Part shown: positions 39,479 through 53,204 of the stretch, piece by piece
How the letters are laid out: every line of letters begins with the position of its first letter
How positions within the stretch are numbered: the stretch's first letter is position 1
NCBI GenBank assembly: GCA_002104945.1
Contig: MCFH01000023.1
Location: forward strand, 690,362-754,361
Length of the DNA stretch: 64,000 nt
Origin: Piromyces finnis finn
Taxonomy: Eukaryota; Fungi; Neocallimastigomycota
Reading direction: 5' to 3'
Notes under the pieces: model-generated
The model's database searches: none
Told to the model about the DNA's origin: nothing
Seen by the model: only the letters and a program-made list of their open reading frames with translations
Program-made: the position numbers and the translations under genes

Positions 39479-40175
39479 CAATAAATATTATGAATGAAAT
39501 AAAAAAAAATAAGAATTCTGTATTTTTTTTTAAAGTGTAAATATTTTTAAAACATAGGATATATGTATTTAAAATAAATTAATTAAATACAAATGGGTAT
39601 TTAAACCTTTAAAACTTCTGAAAATAGTCATTGCTGGCTAATAACATAAATTATTATTATGGTTGGAAGCTTTGTATTGACTATTAAAAAATGGAAATCT
39701 TTCATAAGTGGCAGGTTTAATTTGGCACTTGTAAAAACAATAACTTTTATAAATTTTCCAAAAGTATTATATATGCTTTAATTTATCTTATAAAATATAA
39801 ATACATCCAAATATATCCAATATAAAATCCATTTATCAATATAAAAAATAAAAATAAATAAAACAAATCATAAACTTAAATATAAATATAAAAGTTAATT
39901 TTATAATTATTCTTTAGTTATTAATATAAATAATTATTAGTAGTTGCAATATTATACATATATATTTTTATTATATTTTATTTAATATAAATATAATATA
40001 TATTACATGATTATTTATACTTTAATATTATTTTATTAGAATATAAATATAAGAGCAATTGAATTTTCTATATATATGAAATAAAAATAAACATTAACTA
40101 TTATAAAATTTATATATTTTTTTTTATTACTTTTTGTGTGTATGTGTGTTTTAATTTTCTAATAATACATTTTAT

Positions 40176-43100
40176 TTAATGTATTTTATTGTAAAAATAG
40201 CTTTTAATATTAAAAATAAATTCTTTAGCTCCAAAGTTGGTTTCAACTTTAGCATAATTGAATAAACCTATATTTGGATATAATTCAAGATCCTCTGTTA
40301 AGAAATTCTTAACAGCCACACCCATAAATTTTCCATTTTTAGTAAAGAATGCTAAATTATTTTTGAAATCAATACCACAACCAATAACATCATTTTGTGT
40401 AAAGGTTTCTCCATACTTTTCAAGAGAATTATTTTTATTAATGCTTCCTGTATTATAATAATCCCATGAATAAAGACGATCTTAAATTATATATAAAAAA
40501 AAATGTGAGTGAATGAATATTTTATGAGTATTCTATAATTTAAATTAAAACTTTTTTTTTTAATACATATAATTATCATTTATTTGGCAATATATATTTA
40601 CCTGGATATCTATTTAATTGAACTTTTGATGTTGAAAAACCAATAGACCATGAATAAAGACATTTCTTGGATGGATTTGACATACCAACTTTTATTTCAT
40701 AATAAAACAAGTCCATATTATTTGATATTGCCTTTGAAGTTAAAATATTCGTCCACCCTGATTCTATTGAAAGGAAAAATAAAATATTCATTAGCTTTAC
40801 ATTATTCTACTGATTAAATATATATTTACATTTTTTATTAATTAATTATTATATAAATACCATCATTATTAAAAATAATTAGTTGATCAACTTCATTTAA
40901 TCTTACAGCTTTTTTAATAATATTATCTTTATTTTTTGGAATGTAATTTAATTCGGAAGTTTTTCTATTATATATAATTAAAGTATGCTTATTAAAATCG
41001 ATATTTGCTTCAGCTCCAAAAAGATGCACTTGTTTTTTAACAATAGATTCATCAGCAACTATACCCTTTGATTTTGAATTATTCATTAATGAATTTATTA
41101 CATAATTTAAAGTGTTGTTGAAATAGGAAGCAACAGAGAATTTTGGTTTCTTTTCCATTTCAACCTTTCTTTTCTTGTTTTTATTTATAGGAGATACAAT
41201 TGAAGTAGTTTTTACTTCTTTGATATCTTTTATTATTTGCATCATCTTAATTTTCTTACGAATATTATTTTGAATATTCAAACTTTTAAAACCACGAACA
41301 CTTTGATAGTCTAAAAAGTTTGTATAAAAAGTATGCTTATCTTTATTATGTTTTGCGTTATGTTTGTTTACTCTGTAATATTGAGCCTGATTTTTATTAA
41401 ATTTTTTCTTTTTCATTTGTATTTTTCCTTCTTTCTGATATTTCTTTTCTGGTGACCATTGAAGAAGAAGTAAATTATCATTGGAATCATATTTGGATAA
41501 TGCATTATTAATATAATTTGAAATGTTTTCTTTCTTAACATTTATTTTTTTTTCATGATCTTTTTCTTTTTCGTCATATAATATTTTACATTTATTATCT
41601 AAATTTTATATATTAAAAATGGTATTATTTTTAGAATATCACAATATAACTTTATCAAAATATAAAAAAAAAATAATTACCTAATTTTTTTGATGATTCA
41701 ATAGCTTTTTCAAGAAGTCTCTTTTGGATGTATTTTATTAAATTATATATGAAATTAATAAATTTCCAACAAATATTAAATATGGTATGATTTTTAAGTA
41801 ATTTTGCTATCCAACATAGTATTGTATATTTAAATTTATTTTTTCTAGTATCTAATTCTTTTTGAATCACATTAAATATTAAATGAATTAGAGATGAAAC
41901 GTTTTAAAATATATTATTTTGTATTTTTATAACATTAATACTTACTATCCATTGTTTTGTTATTAATATTATTATTGCTTTCATACTTTGTAGTAGTAAC
42001 TTCACTTTTCTTATTAAAAGCTTTATTTAATTCATGTGTAATTTGAGGAATATTATCTTTATTTTTATTCCATCTTCTATAATTAAAATCAAAAGCATAT
42101 TTATTGTTGAGGTTTACATTTGATTTTTGAGTATTAGATGATGGATTTTCTTTCTTCAATTTTGTTTCTTCTTTTTGACGAAGTATAAATAAATTAGGGG
42201 AAGGATTTTCTTTTTTCAATTTTGCTTCTTCATTTTGACGGAGTTCAAGAAGATTCTCAATACTACCAAGTAAATTGATATTTTGGCAAGAATCCCTCAA
42301 TTTAAGTTTACTATATTCTTTTATATTATTTTTAGTTGTTTTATCAAAAGTTGATAATAAATTTTTAATAAATGATGTTTCACCTTCTGTAAATATAAGA
42401 CTATTCTCAGAAGGTAAATCATTTTCTTTCTTAAACCATACATCCATTAATACTTCAATTTCTTGAGGTGTAAACATAGAAGAAATATTTTTATTTTTAT
42501 TTAATAATTGAGTATTGATACTGAGAGTAATATCATCTAAATCTTTTGCAATATTTGGATCTGGCTTTGCTAAAATGTTTTTACGCTCAGAAGCAGAATT
42601 TGATATTGATAAAGGCTTTGAACTATTTGGTAAATTAAATTTAAAAGTTTTCATTGGACTAAATGCTTTATCAGGGGTTTGAGTTGGTGAAATACTGTGT
42701 TTTTTATCTTTAGTAGCACCTGCATCATAGCCATTATTAAAAACATCATTCTTATTATGATAATCATAATATGAAATTAAATTATCATATTTCTTTAGTA
42801 ATTTCTTTCCCGCATAGTATTCAGTAATTGGACTCTTCTTATTTTTTATTTTAACTTCATTATTGGAATCACTAAGTCTATACTTTTTTCTTTCTTTTAT
42901 TTTACCTGAAACTGGTGATTCACTCCATGGAACCTGGTTGTCCTTTTCTGAATTAATATCCCATGTAAGTGGTTCATTGTTAAAATTAATATCAGCTGTT
43001 GCAATTGGGTTTTCATTTACATAACGAAGATTTGTATTTAGCATTAACTTATTATCTTTGTTATGACGAAATTCTTCTTTGAAAGGTGAATTTTTATCAT

Positions 43101-44758
43101 TATTATATTTATAGTCTTGAATAATCTGATCAAATAATCCATCTTGTTTTTCTTTTGTAGATGACTCTCTTTCTGATTTAAAGTCATTTTCTTCATTTAA
43201 GTAATTATTAAAAATAAAGTTTAAAACATCCTTATCAAATTCAGACGATTTATTTTTCTTTTTAAGAATAAGTTTGTCATCGTTATTAAGATTAAGGGTT
43301 AATTTATTCAATTTTTGACTTAATTCTTCTATATGCTTCTTTTTGTCTTCTTGTTCTGAATGTGTTTTTTTGTTGGAATTACCAGCAAATGCATTGGTAA
43401 TTATATTTGGACAATATGTACATTCATATAATAAATGATCAGAAAGTTTACTCTGTTTATTGCACCAAGTACAACCATTACTATAGAATGGGCATTTAAT
43501 TTCAATAGATATGTCTTCACTACCATCACTATTTTTATTTTTTTCCACTGATGGAATATTTCTACTATTAGTATTATCTAATGTTTTTAATTTATTCGAC
43601 TGGTTCTTTTCTTCATTATCCTTAAATTCTTTTATTAAATTATCAATATAAAGAATTTTATTATTCAATTCTGGATTATTTGTCTCACTTGTAATACTAT
43701 TATTATTATTGGAAATACTTTGATCTATTAAGTCCTTAAGTGCACTATTCAAATCATTTAATATTAAAGGCTTTGTTGTTGATTGCTATAATTTTTTTTT
43801 TAAATTTATTAAATATTATTAAAAAAAAAAAGTTTAAATAATTAGTAATTTAAATTTTATTTCTTTATTAACAATAATTATAAATATTTTTTACCGTTTG
43901 TTTCTTTTGACTTCCAGAATTTAAATTATTTAATTCCTTTTCTTTGTCCTTATTTATTAAATCAGTAATGTCTTTTGAATACTCGCTTAAATTCTTTTGA
44001 ATAATTTTATTTATACTACATTCAGAACCGTTTAAACTTGAGTTTAACGAAATATCAGCATCGTATTTAATTTCCTTAGCATTTATTGATTTCAAATTTT
44101 CCAAAATTTCATCCTTATTTTTACTGTTTCTTTTATGCTTTACTTTAATTTCTGTTTCATCTTTCTTCTTTAATTCTTTGTTCTTTTTGCTCCTCTTTTT
44201 TGATTCTTTTACTTTCTTATTCTTTTTCTTAGATTCAAATGGTAATTTTTCATGTTTTTCTTTTCTTCTCTCTTTTTTATTTTCTGTAGTATTAATTTCA
44301 GCCCCATTTGTTGGAAATGCACCTTTACCATCTAAATATGGATCTTTTAAATCAAATGAATTTTTATTTTGACGTTTTAATGGATTAAAGTCTAATAAAA
44401 ATCCATTATTATTCATAAAATTGTCATCTTTATCAACAATTTGATTAATCTTATTAATAGCTTTTGAAATATTTTTATTCCATTGTTCTGTACTATTTTT
44501 TCTAGATGGATTATATATTCCTTTTTTATTTTGGAATTTAGCATTACCTTTTTTTACACTATTCACATGATCTAAACTAGCTGAACTTGGATAATATTGA
44601 GTTTCATTTTCCGAATTTAATACACTCACATCAAAAATTTTTTTATATTCACTAATATTTTGACCATAGCTATCACTTATATTACTTTCATTCATTGTAT
44701 TTACTTTCCAATTATGAGAAAATTTTATATATGATTCAAGAGGACCTGTACTTCCCAT
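40176..44758 (-). CDS. Large protein (about 1300-1400 aa) with a TRAF-type zinc finger and C-terminal SPRY domain (6 exons)
   Basis: Phase-consistent joins link ORFs 43868..44758, 41935..43752, 41655..41870, 40838..41416, 40576..40791 and an unlisted last exon. Zinc finger 'CPFYSNGCTWCNKQSKLSDHLLYECTY'. SPRY motifs 'YYEIKV', 'SIGFST', 'RYPGD..YSWDY', 'YGETFTQNDVIGCGIDF', 'FFTKNGKFMG', 'LYPNIGL', 'VETNFG'. Confidence 0.75.
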
Positions 44759-46813
44759 TTTTATTAATTTATATTGAAAATATAAATATTTATTAATTAT
44801 ATTAAAATTTATATTATAATTAATATATTACTGCTATTTAAATATGTTTTAATAAAAAAAAAAAAAAAAGGATTTAAACACTATAATTATTATAATCTAT
44901 AAAAGTATTTTTTTTTTTTTCAATTATTTTGATTATACTAAATATTAATTTATAACATCTATATTAAAGAAAAAAGATTCAATAAATATTTCTTTTTTTA
45001 TTTTATTTTATTATTTAGTTTACTACCTTACTTAATATTATTAATTACTTTGGATTTAAATGTATATACAATAAAATAATTTAAATTTTTGACGAATAAA
45101 TGATTGATAATGAAATATTAATGAAACTAATAATATGGAAATGTAAAAAAAAAATATGAAAATAATTATAATGTATCGTTATAAAACATATGATAAATGA
45201 TAATTGACAATTGATAATTGATAATTAAATGAATAAAAAAATATAATATATGTAATTATTATAATAATTAACGATAGTATGTAAAATATATTTGATAATT
45301 AAATAAGTCGAATTTAATAAAAATTAAAAAGTTTTAACAACAATTTTTGAATTAAAAAAAAACTAATGCCAATAATATTTAAGAAAATAAAAATTATTTA
45401 ATTTATATATAAAATATAAAATAATAATAGTATTTAATAATTCTTGTTACCTAATACTATTTATATAATATTGTTGGTTACATTAATATTTTTTTTCAAT
45501 AATAAAAAAATAATCTTAAGGTTAAAGTATTCACAAAAATAATGTTGATTATATAGTTTATTATTATTATTTTTATTAATATTATTTTCTTTAGATAATA
45601 TTTATTATGATGTTTTTTAACATTTCGATTATTATTAATACTAATAATAATCCAATTTATTTTATTTATTATTTTTTTTTCTCTTTTTAATTATAGTAAA
45701 TTTTTAAAAAAAAAAAAAAAATTTAAATTTAAATTTTTTGATATACTATAAATAAATGTTTATTTAAAAAGTATACATATTTATAAATTTCTATAAATGT
45801 TGACCAATTCATGGATTATAATATTAATGTTAATTTCATTATTAATGATTATATAAAATATTTTCTTAAACTGTTTGTTTTTATTAATATATATATAATA
45901 TTTTTATGATAATTATTATATATTATTAGGCATTTATAAGGACAATATATTGATTTGCATAGTTAAGTATTCATTTTAAGGTATTAATAAATAAAAATTA
46001 TTTAGAATAAAAATTATAAAAAAGGATGACATTTATTTAATCTTTTTATAGCAAGAAAATAACCATAAAATATTTAAACATAGTATGTTTCATTTTTAAA
46101 TATAGCTTTACATTTTTTTTATAAATTAAAATGATATTAACTATATATTTTTTCATTTATGTTTTTTTTATTTTTTCCGAAAGAATAACTTTTTTTTTAT
46201 TATCAAAATAAATTTATGAAAACTTTAAATTATTTTAAAGTTAATAAATATTTGATGAATAATATGGAATGGATGTAATATTATAACCTATATTTATTAT
46301 ATTTGTTTATTTAATTGTTAGTGTTTCATGTACAACTAAATATTTATTATTAAATTCTCTCAAGTTAAAAGTCATAACATAAATTTTGTAAAGTTTAATT
46401 CATACTTATAATAATTATTACTTGAAAAACATACTAAATAAAAAATATTCTATTAATATATGTATTACAATTACGTTAAGATATACAAAGCAATATAAAA
46501 TAATAACTAAAGTAATAAATGTAATAATAATAAATTGGTATAAAAATTAGTATTTATATACTTTTTTTAATGACATTTAAATCATTAATTTAAACATTTT
46601 CTCTATAATAAAATTTTATGGTGGTGTTGTTCAGTATTTTAAGTGTAACAAATTAAATAGGTTATATATTAAAAATAAAATTGATAATATTAATAAATTA
46701 AAAAAAAAATTTAATTTTTTCTTATTGGAGTGTATGATACAATATACAATCTTTAAATTTTATATTTAAAGAAAAAAAAAATAATAATAAAATAATAAAA
46801 AAAGAAAAAGTAA

Positions 46814-47805
46814 ATGGGTTTTATTGATTCACTCACTTCTCAATTTCCTGTATTTATTCAAATATTAGCTTCATTAGCTATATTAGCAATTGTAATAGTA
46901 TTTAGAGCACCTTCTTACTTTAAAGGTTCATTTTCTAGAAGCTATAAAGCATCCGTTGAAAGATTATTTTTAATTATTAGTGATCGTAATATTTTTCGTG
47001 AACATAGAAAAGCTTTAGAACTTGTTGAAGATTTAACTGACAAGAACGATGCAGATGCTAAGCCAAAATGGAAAGGTATCATATAATATTAATTTATGTA
47101 TTTATTATGAATATGATAATAATTAAAATTAAATTGTTTAAATAAATAAACAATAACAATATACTAAACAAACGGTTAAACATTATTTTAATTAAAAGTA
47201 CATTAAATTTATATATGATATTAAATTGTTAATTATTAAATATTAAAATAAATAAAACATTTATAAACAAATTTCAAATCTATAGAATACAGCTCAAAGG
47301 GAGCTGGATATATTATTTATCAAATTAATCGTTCCGTTCCAAATGAATTATTGGAAGTTGAAATGGTTGAATCCACTTTCCACATGAGAGTAAATATTAA
47401 CAGTTAATTTAATTTGAAATATTATATGTTTAGTAATTCTGATTTCAAGAATATTCTAATTGTTTATATTAAATCATTAAAACATTTATCTTTTCAATAA
47501 TTTAATTTTATAATTTTCAAAATATTATAAAGGCTAAATTTACCTATGAAATTAGTGAAGATCCTGATGATTCTTCATTAAGTTTAGTAACTATTACTGA
47601 AGAATCTAATATTACTAATGTAATTGTAAAATTAATTATGAGTATCGGAGGTCGTGGAGCAAATGCAAGAAGAGATTTAGATATTATTGAAAGTGAATTG
47701 AAACTTCAACATGAAGTATACGAAGAATATAAAACTAAATATGAAAAAGAAAACGAAGGAGAAATACCAAAAGAAGAAGATATTGTAACCAAGAAAGATA
47801 ATTAA
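46814..47805 (+). CDS. SRPBCC/START-like (polyketide cyclase 2-type) protein with an N-terminal membrane anchor (3 exons)
   Basis: TM 'VFIQILASLAILAIVIVF', then 'SRSYKASVERLFLIISD', 'KWK|EYSSKG', 'VPNELLEVEM', 'AKFTYEIS', 'VTITEES'. Introns at about 47071-47285 and 47390-47532 are phase-consistent. Ends KKDN*. Confidence 0.72.
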
Positions 47806-48120
47806 ATGAGGGGAAAAAAAAAAAGTTAGAGTTATTAATGACAAAAAATAAAAATATTTAACTACCAACAATAGATATCCATAGATAATATTAATATAAT
47901 TGTTTATCAATATTTTCGAATATCTTAAAAAAAAAAAAAGACATTTAAAATTAATATCATACGTTTTCTATATAAACCAGTAATTTTTTATTATTAATAT
48001 TTAACATATTGCTAATAAAGTTTTATATCAAATGAATCATTATTTATTATTTTCCTTTTTTTTTTTTTTAATAATACAATATATATTTTTCCATTATACA
48101 TCAATAAATAGCATTTAAAC

Positions 48121-48400
48121 ATGCAGTCTTGTTATGTTGTATATACCTAAATGCCAGTATTCTTCAATTTTATCTATTGGAATTGGAAATTATATAAATT
48201 ATATTGATCTTTTTCAACTTTTAATCATTGAATTTTTCATTATGTATTATAAATTAATTCATTTCAACTAATTCTCCTCATTAATCTCATTTATCCATGA
48301 AATAAATTTAGAAAGTTAAAAATAATTTTTATCATTTAAATATATGTTTGTGAAAAGTGGATTTTGCCGTAATCCTTTTATATATTAGTCTTTTATAATC
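48121..48400 (-). pseudogene. Decayed non-LTR retrotransposon reverse-transcriptase fragment
   Basis: One frame reads 'KGLRQNPLFTNIYLND' (cf. GLRQGCPLSPxLFNIYxND) and, after several stops, 'IPIDKIEEYWHLGI' (cf. the EYKYLGI motif). No YADD/FADD is seen. Confidence 0.35.
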
Positions 48401-48570
48401 TTAGTTAATTCATATTTATAGGTTAATATATTTTGAAATAATTATCCTTATTACCAATTATTTTGTATTTATTAGAAACATATTAAATATTTTTTTTTTT
48501 TTTTGAGTTTCACTATATTAAAAAAATTCTTTTTACTAAATTGTTTTACTATTACTTTTTTATTGAATTC

Positions 48571-48604
<34 letters not shown>

Positions 48605-49277
48605 ACAAATATCACTTCTTGTGACATTTAACATTTGATTATTTGATATTAATCATTATCATTAAAAGTAGTAAAAATAATAATAATAAATAAAGTTTTA
48701 TTATAAATATTTAATATATAATTATTACATATGAAATCAAAATTCTTGTTTATATTGTTAATTCTACTTGAATTTAGATCATTTATTATTTTTTAAATTG
48801 AAAATTTAATTAAAAATTTTAAATATTATTGGAAGATTTCAATGAATGAAAAATGTTTATTGATGATTTTAATGTTTAAAAATACCTATTTTATACCTTT
48901 ATTTTTAACAACTAAAAAACAAATAAATGCCTTTTTAACCATAAATAAAAATATAATATTAATGTTTATTTTTTTTACAATAATATGTTTCTTTATTTTT
49001 TATTTTATTTTTTATTTTATTTTTTATTTTTTATTTATATATTTTCTTTTCTAATTAGAGTTTAAATTAAATTAATAATTATAAAAAAAATTTATTCTAT
49101 TGTAAAATTCTATTTTTAATAATCATTTTTTTTTTAACTTTTTTCTATTTATAAAGTTAAAATATACATATATATGCTTTTTTTTTTTAATAAATATGCC
49201 TTTTTATGATAATTATATATATTATGGTTTTATAATTTTTATAGTCTATATTTATATATAATTATCTATTACAAATT

Positions 49278-50154
49278 TTAAACTTCACTAAATTTCATTT
49301 TAGTAGAATCAACATCTGAAACATATCTTCTATTCCTATTTTTGAAATTTTGTATGAATGAAAATATTAAACCAAAGATAGTCCAGAAAGCAATGACACC
49401 TATGTACATATAATACCAACCATTATTGGAAGTACTAAGGAATTTGTATATCCAATGATCACTTTTTTTATTGTATATAAAAAAAATTATTAGTATATTT
49501 ATTTTTAATTTTTATTGTTAATTATATATATTATCATTTTTTACTATTCATTTAAATTACTTACTATATAGAATGATAGACTTGAACAAATATTAAATAG
49601 CATACACCAATTGTAAATGTTGGTATAAAGTGAGTAGCTTTGGATGGAACAGTAATAAGGAACCAATCAATTAATAAAAATACACTTTGAAGAACATGTT
49701 GTATAACTTGTTGAGCGTAGTGAGTAAATGTATAGTAGTAAGTTTGTAAATTTGGTAACATAACACCACAGAATATAAGTGTAACAATACAAGCAAGTGG
49801 GAATACCATATTGTAGAAAATGTGTATTAAAGTATGAATAATTGAATTGCTAACTCTTCCTTTTAAAGTTCCATTATTATCTTTAATATGTAAAAAAATT
49901 GCTCCTAAGAAGTAAATCATAATCATAAAATATGTTTGATTTGTAAAGAATGCAAAATATACTTTTCTTTGGTGTCTTTTTGTTTCTTCTGGGTTTGGAT
50001 TTTCATATGCATATATAGAAGTATATAAACCATAGCATAATATTACAAAAATAATAATTCTGTAATATAATAAAAATTTCTTTGAACCCTTGTATGGGGT
50101 TACCAATTGATAGAAATTGAATCCATTAGAACCGAAAAAAGTTTCAAAAGACAT
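49278..50154 (-). CDS. FAR-17a/AIG1/rolling-stone-like multi-pass membrane protein (2 exons)
   Basis: Motifs 'FAFFTNQT' (Thr71), 'IVTLIFCGVM', 'QHVLQSVFLLIDWFL' (His153) and 'DHWIYKFL'. Intron TA|gtaagt...ag|T joins ORF 49564..50154 to a last exon ending at 49278. Confidence 0.75.
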
Positions 50155-52417
50155 TTTTGATAATTTAACTATATATCTATTTTTTTTGTTTGTTATTTTT
50201 GGTTTTATGATATTTTTTATATTTATATATATAGTAAAAAAAAATTATTTCTTTTTTTTTTTTAAATTCTTTTCTTAAATATATTAATTCATTAATTCAT
50301 TTATTATATTGATAGTTATACTACTATTACTAGTATTTTTATTATTTATATATTTTTTTTTATCTATATATATAAATATTTTATTTTTTTTTATTTTATT
50401 TTTTACTTTTTTTAATAATTAAAATATTATTTTTTTTTTATGGAAAAAAAAAGCCCTTTATATAAATTAAAATTGAATAATATTAAACCTTTTTTTATAT
50501 AAAAAGAATAAAAATTTTATTATTAATAAAATTAATAAATATAATTATTAATTTTACTGATCATCATGTATATCGCCATATTTTTATTTTAATTTTTTAT
50601 TATACAATGCTAATTATTAATTATTCATATTGATTCATATAGTTATTATTAATATAGTTTAATAATTTAATATAGTTTATTGTTTATATATAGCGGTATT
50701 TATTAATAATATATTCTATTATTGATATTATATATTAAAATTGTTTACAATATAATATTAAAATATATTAAATATTAATAATTTACAATTTAATATAGTT
50801 TTGTTCCAATACAAAATGGTGCCATATTTAACTGTATAATTCATTAACTTTTTAGGATAACAATTTTTTTAGGTAACACGGAAATAAGCCAATAAAATTT
50901 AAAAAATAGTAAAAATGAAATATTTAATATAATTAAACTTTTAACAAAATTAAAAAATTAGAAATTTGAAATAAAAAACTTGTGAAAATTTAAATATATT
51001 TAGATAATATTTTTTTTTAAACCTTTATTCCACAAATCTAATATCTTAATTTTTGATAGATTATTAATAATTATTTTTAAAATTTATATATAAACATTAA
51101 AAGTATTATAGCATTTATTATTATTTCTACAATAAATGCATTGATAAACCGTTTTAATTATATAATATTTTATTAATATTATAATAGATAACTATTGCAA
51201 TCAAAAATAAAAATAATAAAAGATATCGATAGGATTACAATTTGATTTTTTTTAATATATAAATAATATAAAATTTGTATAGTTTAATAAATTAAATTAA
51301 TATTAATAGATTATGTATACAATGCTTTTATATAAAAAAAACTTTAAAAAAAATGTATTAATTTAAAATTAATAAATTTTAACTCCTACAAAATTTTAAT
51401 AAACTATAAAATTAAAATACACAAAGCGTGATAGTCATTTTAATAAGTGATTTATTTTGTTTAATATTAAAATTAATGTATCTTTCGCATTAATTTAAAA
51501 AATAGAGATTTTTATATAAATTTAATAAGGAAACAAAAATAATAAATTATAGATTAATGAAAGCAACAATAATGATGAATTAATTTTAATTTTAATAAAG
51601 CATAATAAAATATAATGAAAGGTAGAATTTTACTTTAACCACTTATTAATCTATATTTAATTTAAAAATTAAAAAATTAGATATTATTATGACAGCCTAT
51701 ATTGATTTTAAGATTTTATTTTTAATACATAATCCATATTGAATAAGATTCTGTTTTCAATATATAATATATATAATATAAATTCCAATTTAATATTAAT
51801 ATTATTTGCAGTTCCTTAAAAATATTAAAAATGAAAATATGATACATAATATGTTATTTATAAACTATTTTTTATTTAAATAAAATTATATTGAATAGGA
51901 GGGAACAAAGTTGGTGTTACCTTCAATATTTTACATTTCAAGATTAAAAATATAAAGATTAATAAAAGTATCAGTTTTATTTTTCTTACAACCTTCAGAT
52001 TCCTTTATTAGTATTTCAATCTTTTCTTAATTATTATAAAATATATTTTAACACTATATTAGATTTTTACAAATATAATTATTTCATTTAATATTATATA
52101 TTTTATTTATCTTTTTTTTTAGATATCATTTTATTTTACAATTGTTATAAATATATATATATTAAATCATTATAGTATTAATATTATAATTGCATATGAT
52201 TAATAAGAAAAACTAAAAAAAAAAAAAAAAACTATAAATAGAATATATTCTAGTAAATTTAATTAAAATATCTAGCTATTATTCTTGAATATAATAAATA
52301 TTTTTTAACTCGTTAAAATCCATTGTAAGCATTAAAATTTAAATAATCATTAAATATTATTTTTAATTGAATTATTGCTATAATTAAGTCTATATTGTTA
52401 TAAACATAATGTTATTG

Positions 52418-52798
<381 letters not shown>

Positions 52799-53116
52799 CT
52801 TTAAAAGTTATAACTATCATGTATCTATTTCATTTCCTTTAATAGAAAATAAATAAATACTCATTACTTAGGTTTAATGAATAAAACTTTTTTTTTTAAA
52901 CTATCATCATAATAATATGATTTGATTTATTTTTCTATTTGTAAATAAAAATAATTTATTCTATAATTATATATTAATTGAGATATTTTAGAGCAATTTT
53001 ATATTATTAATTGGCATCCTTTTTTATTATTCAAAAAAAATTATAGCTATTCTTCTTAAAGTGGTTTAACCCATCTGTTATACTTAACATTTTCTAAATT
53101 TATACTTTAATTTCAT

Positions 53117-53204
53117 AAAAAATTAGCTTTCTTGATTAGCTTTTTTAGCTTTTTATACCTTCAATTTCAAAAAAAAATTAGCTTTCTTGATTAGCTTTTT
53201 TAGC
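53117..53204. repeat. 33-bp perfect direct duplication (AAAAAATTAGCTTTCTTGATTAGCTTTTTTAGC x2)
   Basis: Copies at 53117-53149 and 53172-53204. Confidence 0.9.

Noticed and set aside
10664-48842. Hydrophobic F/I/L/Y-rich intergenic ORFs (10664, 11617, 17071, 22935, 29460, 33292, 48842)
   Set aside because: Expected by chance from AT-rich, intronic or microsatellite DNA; several lack ATG starts.
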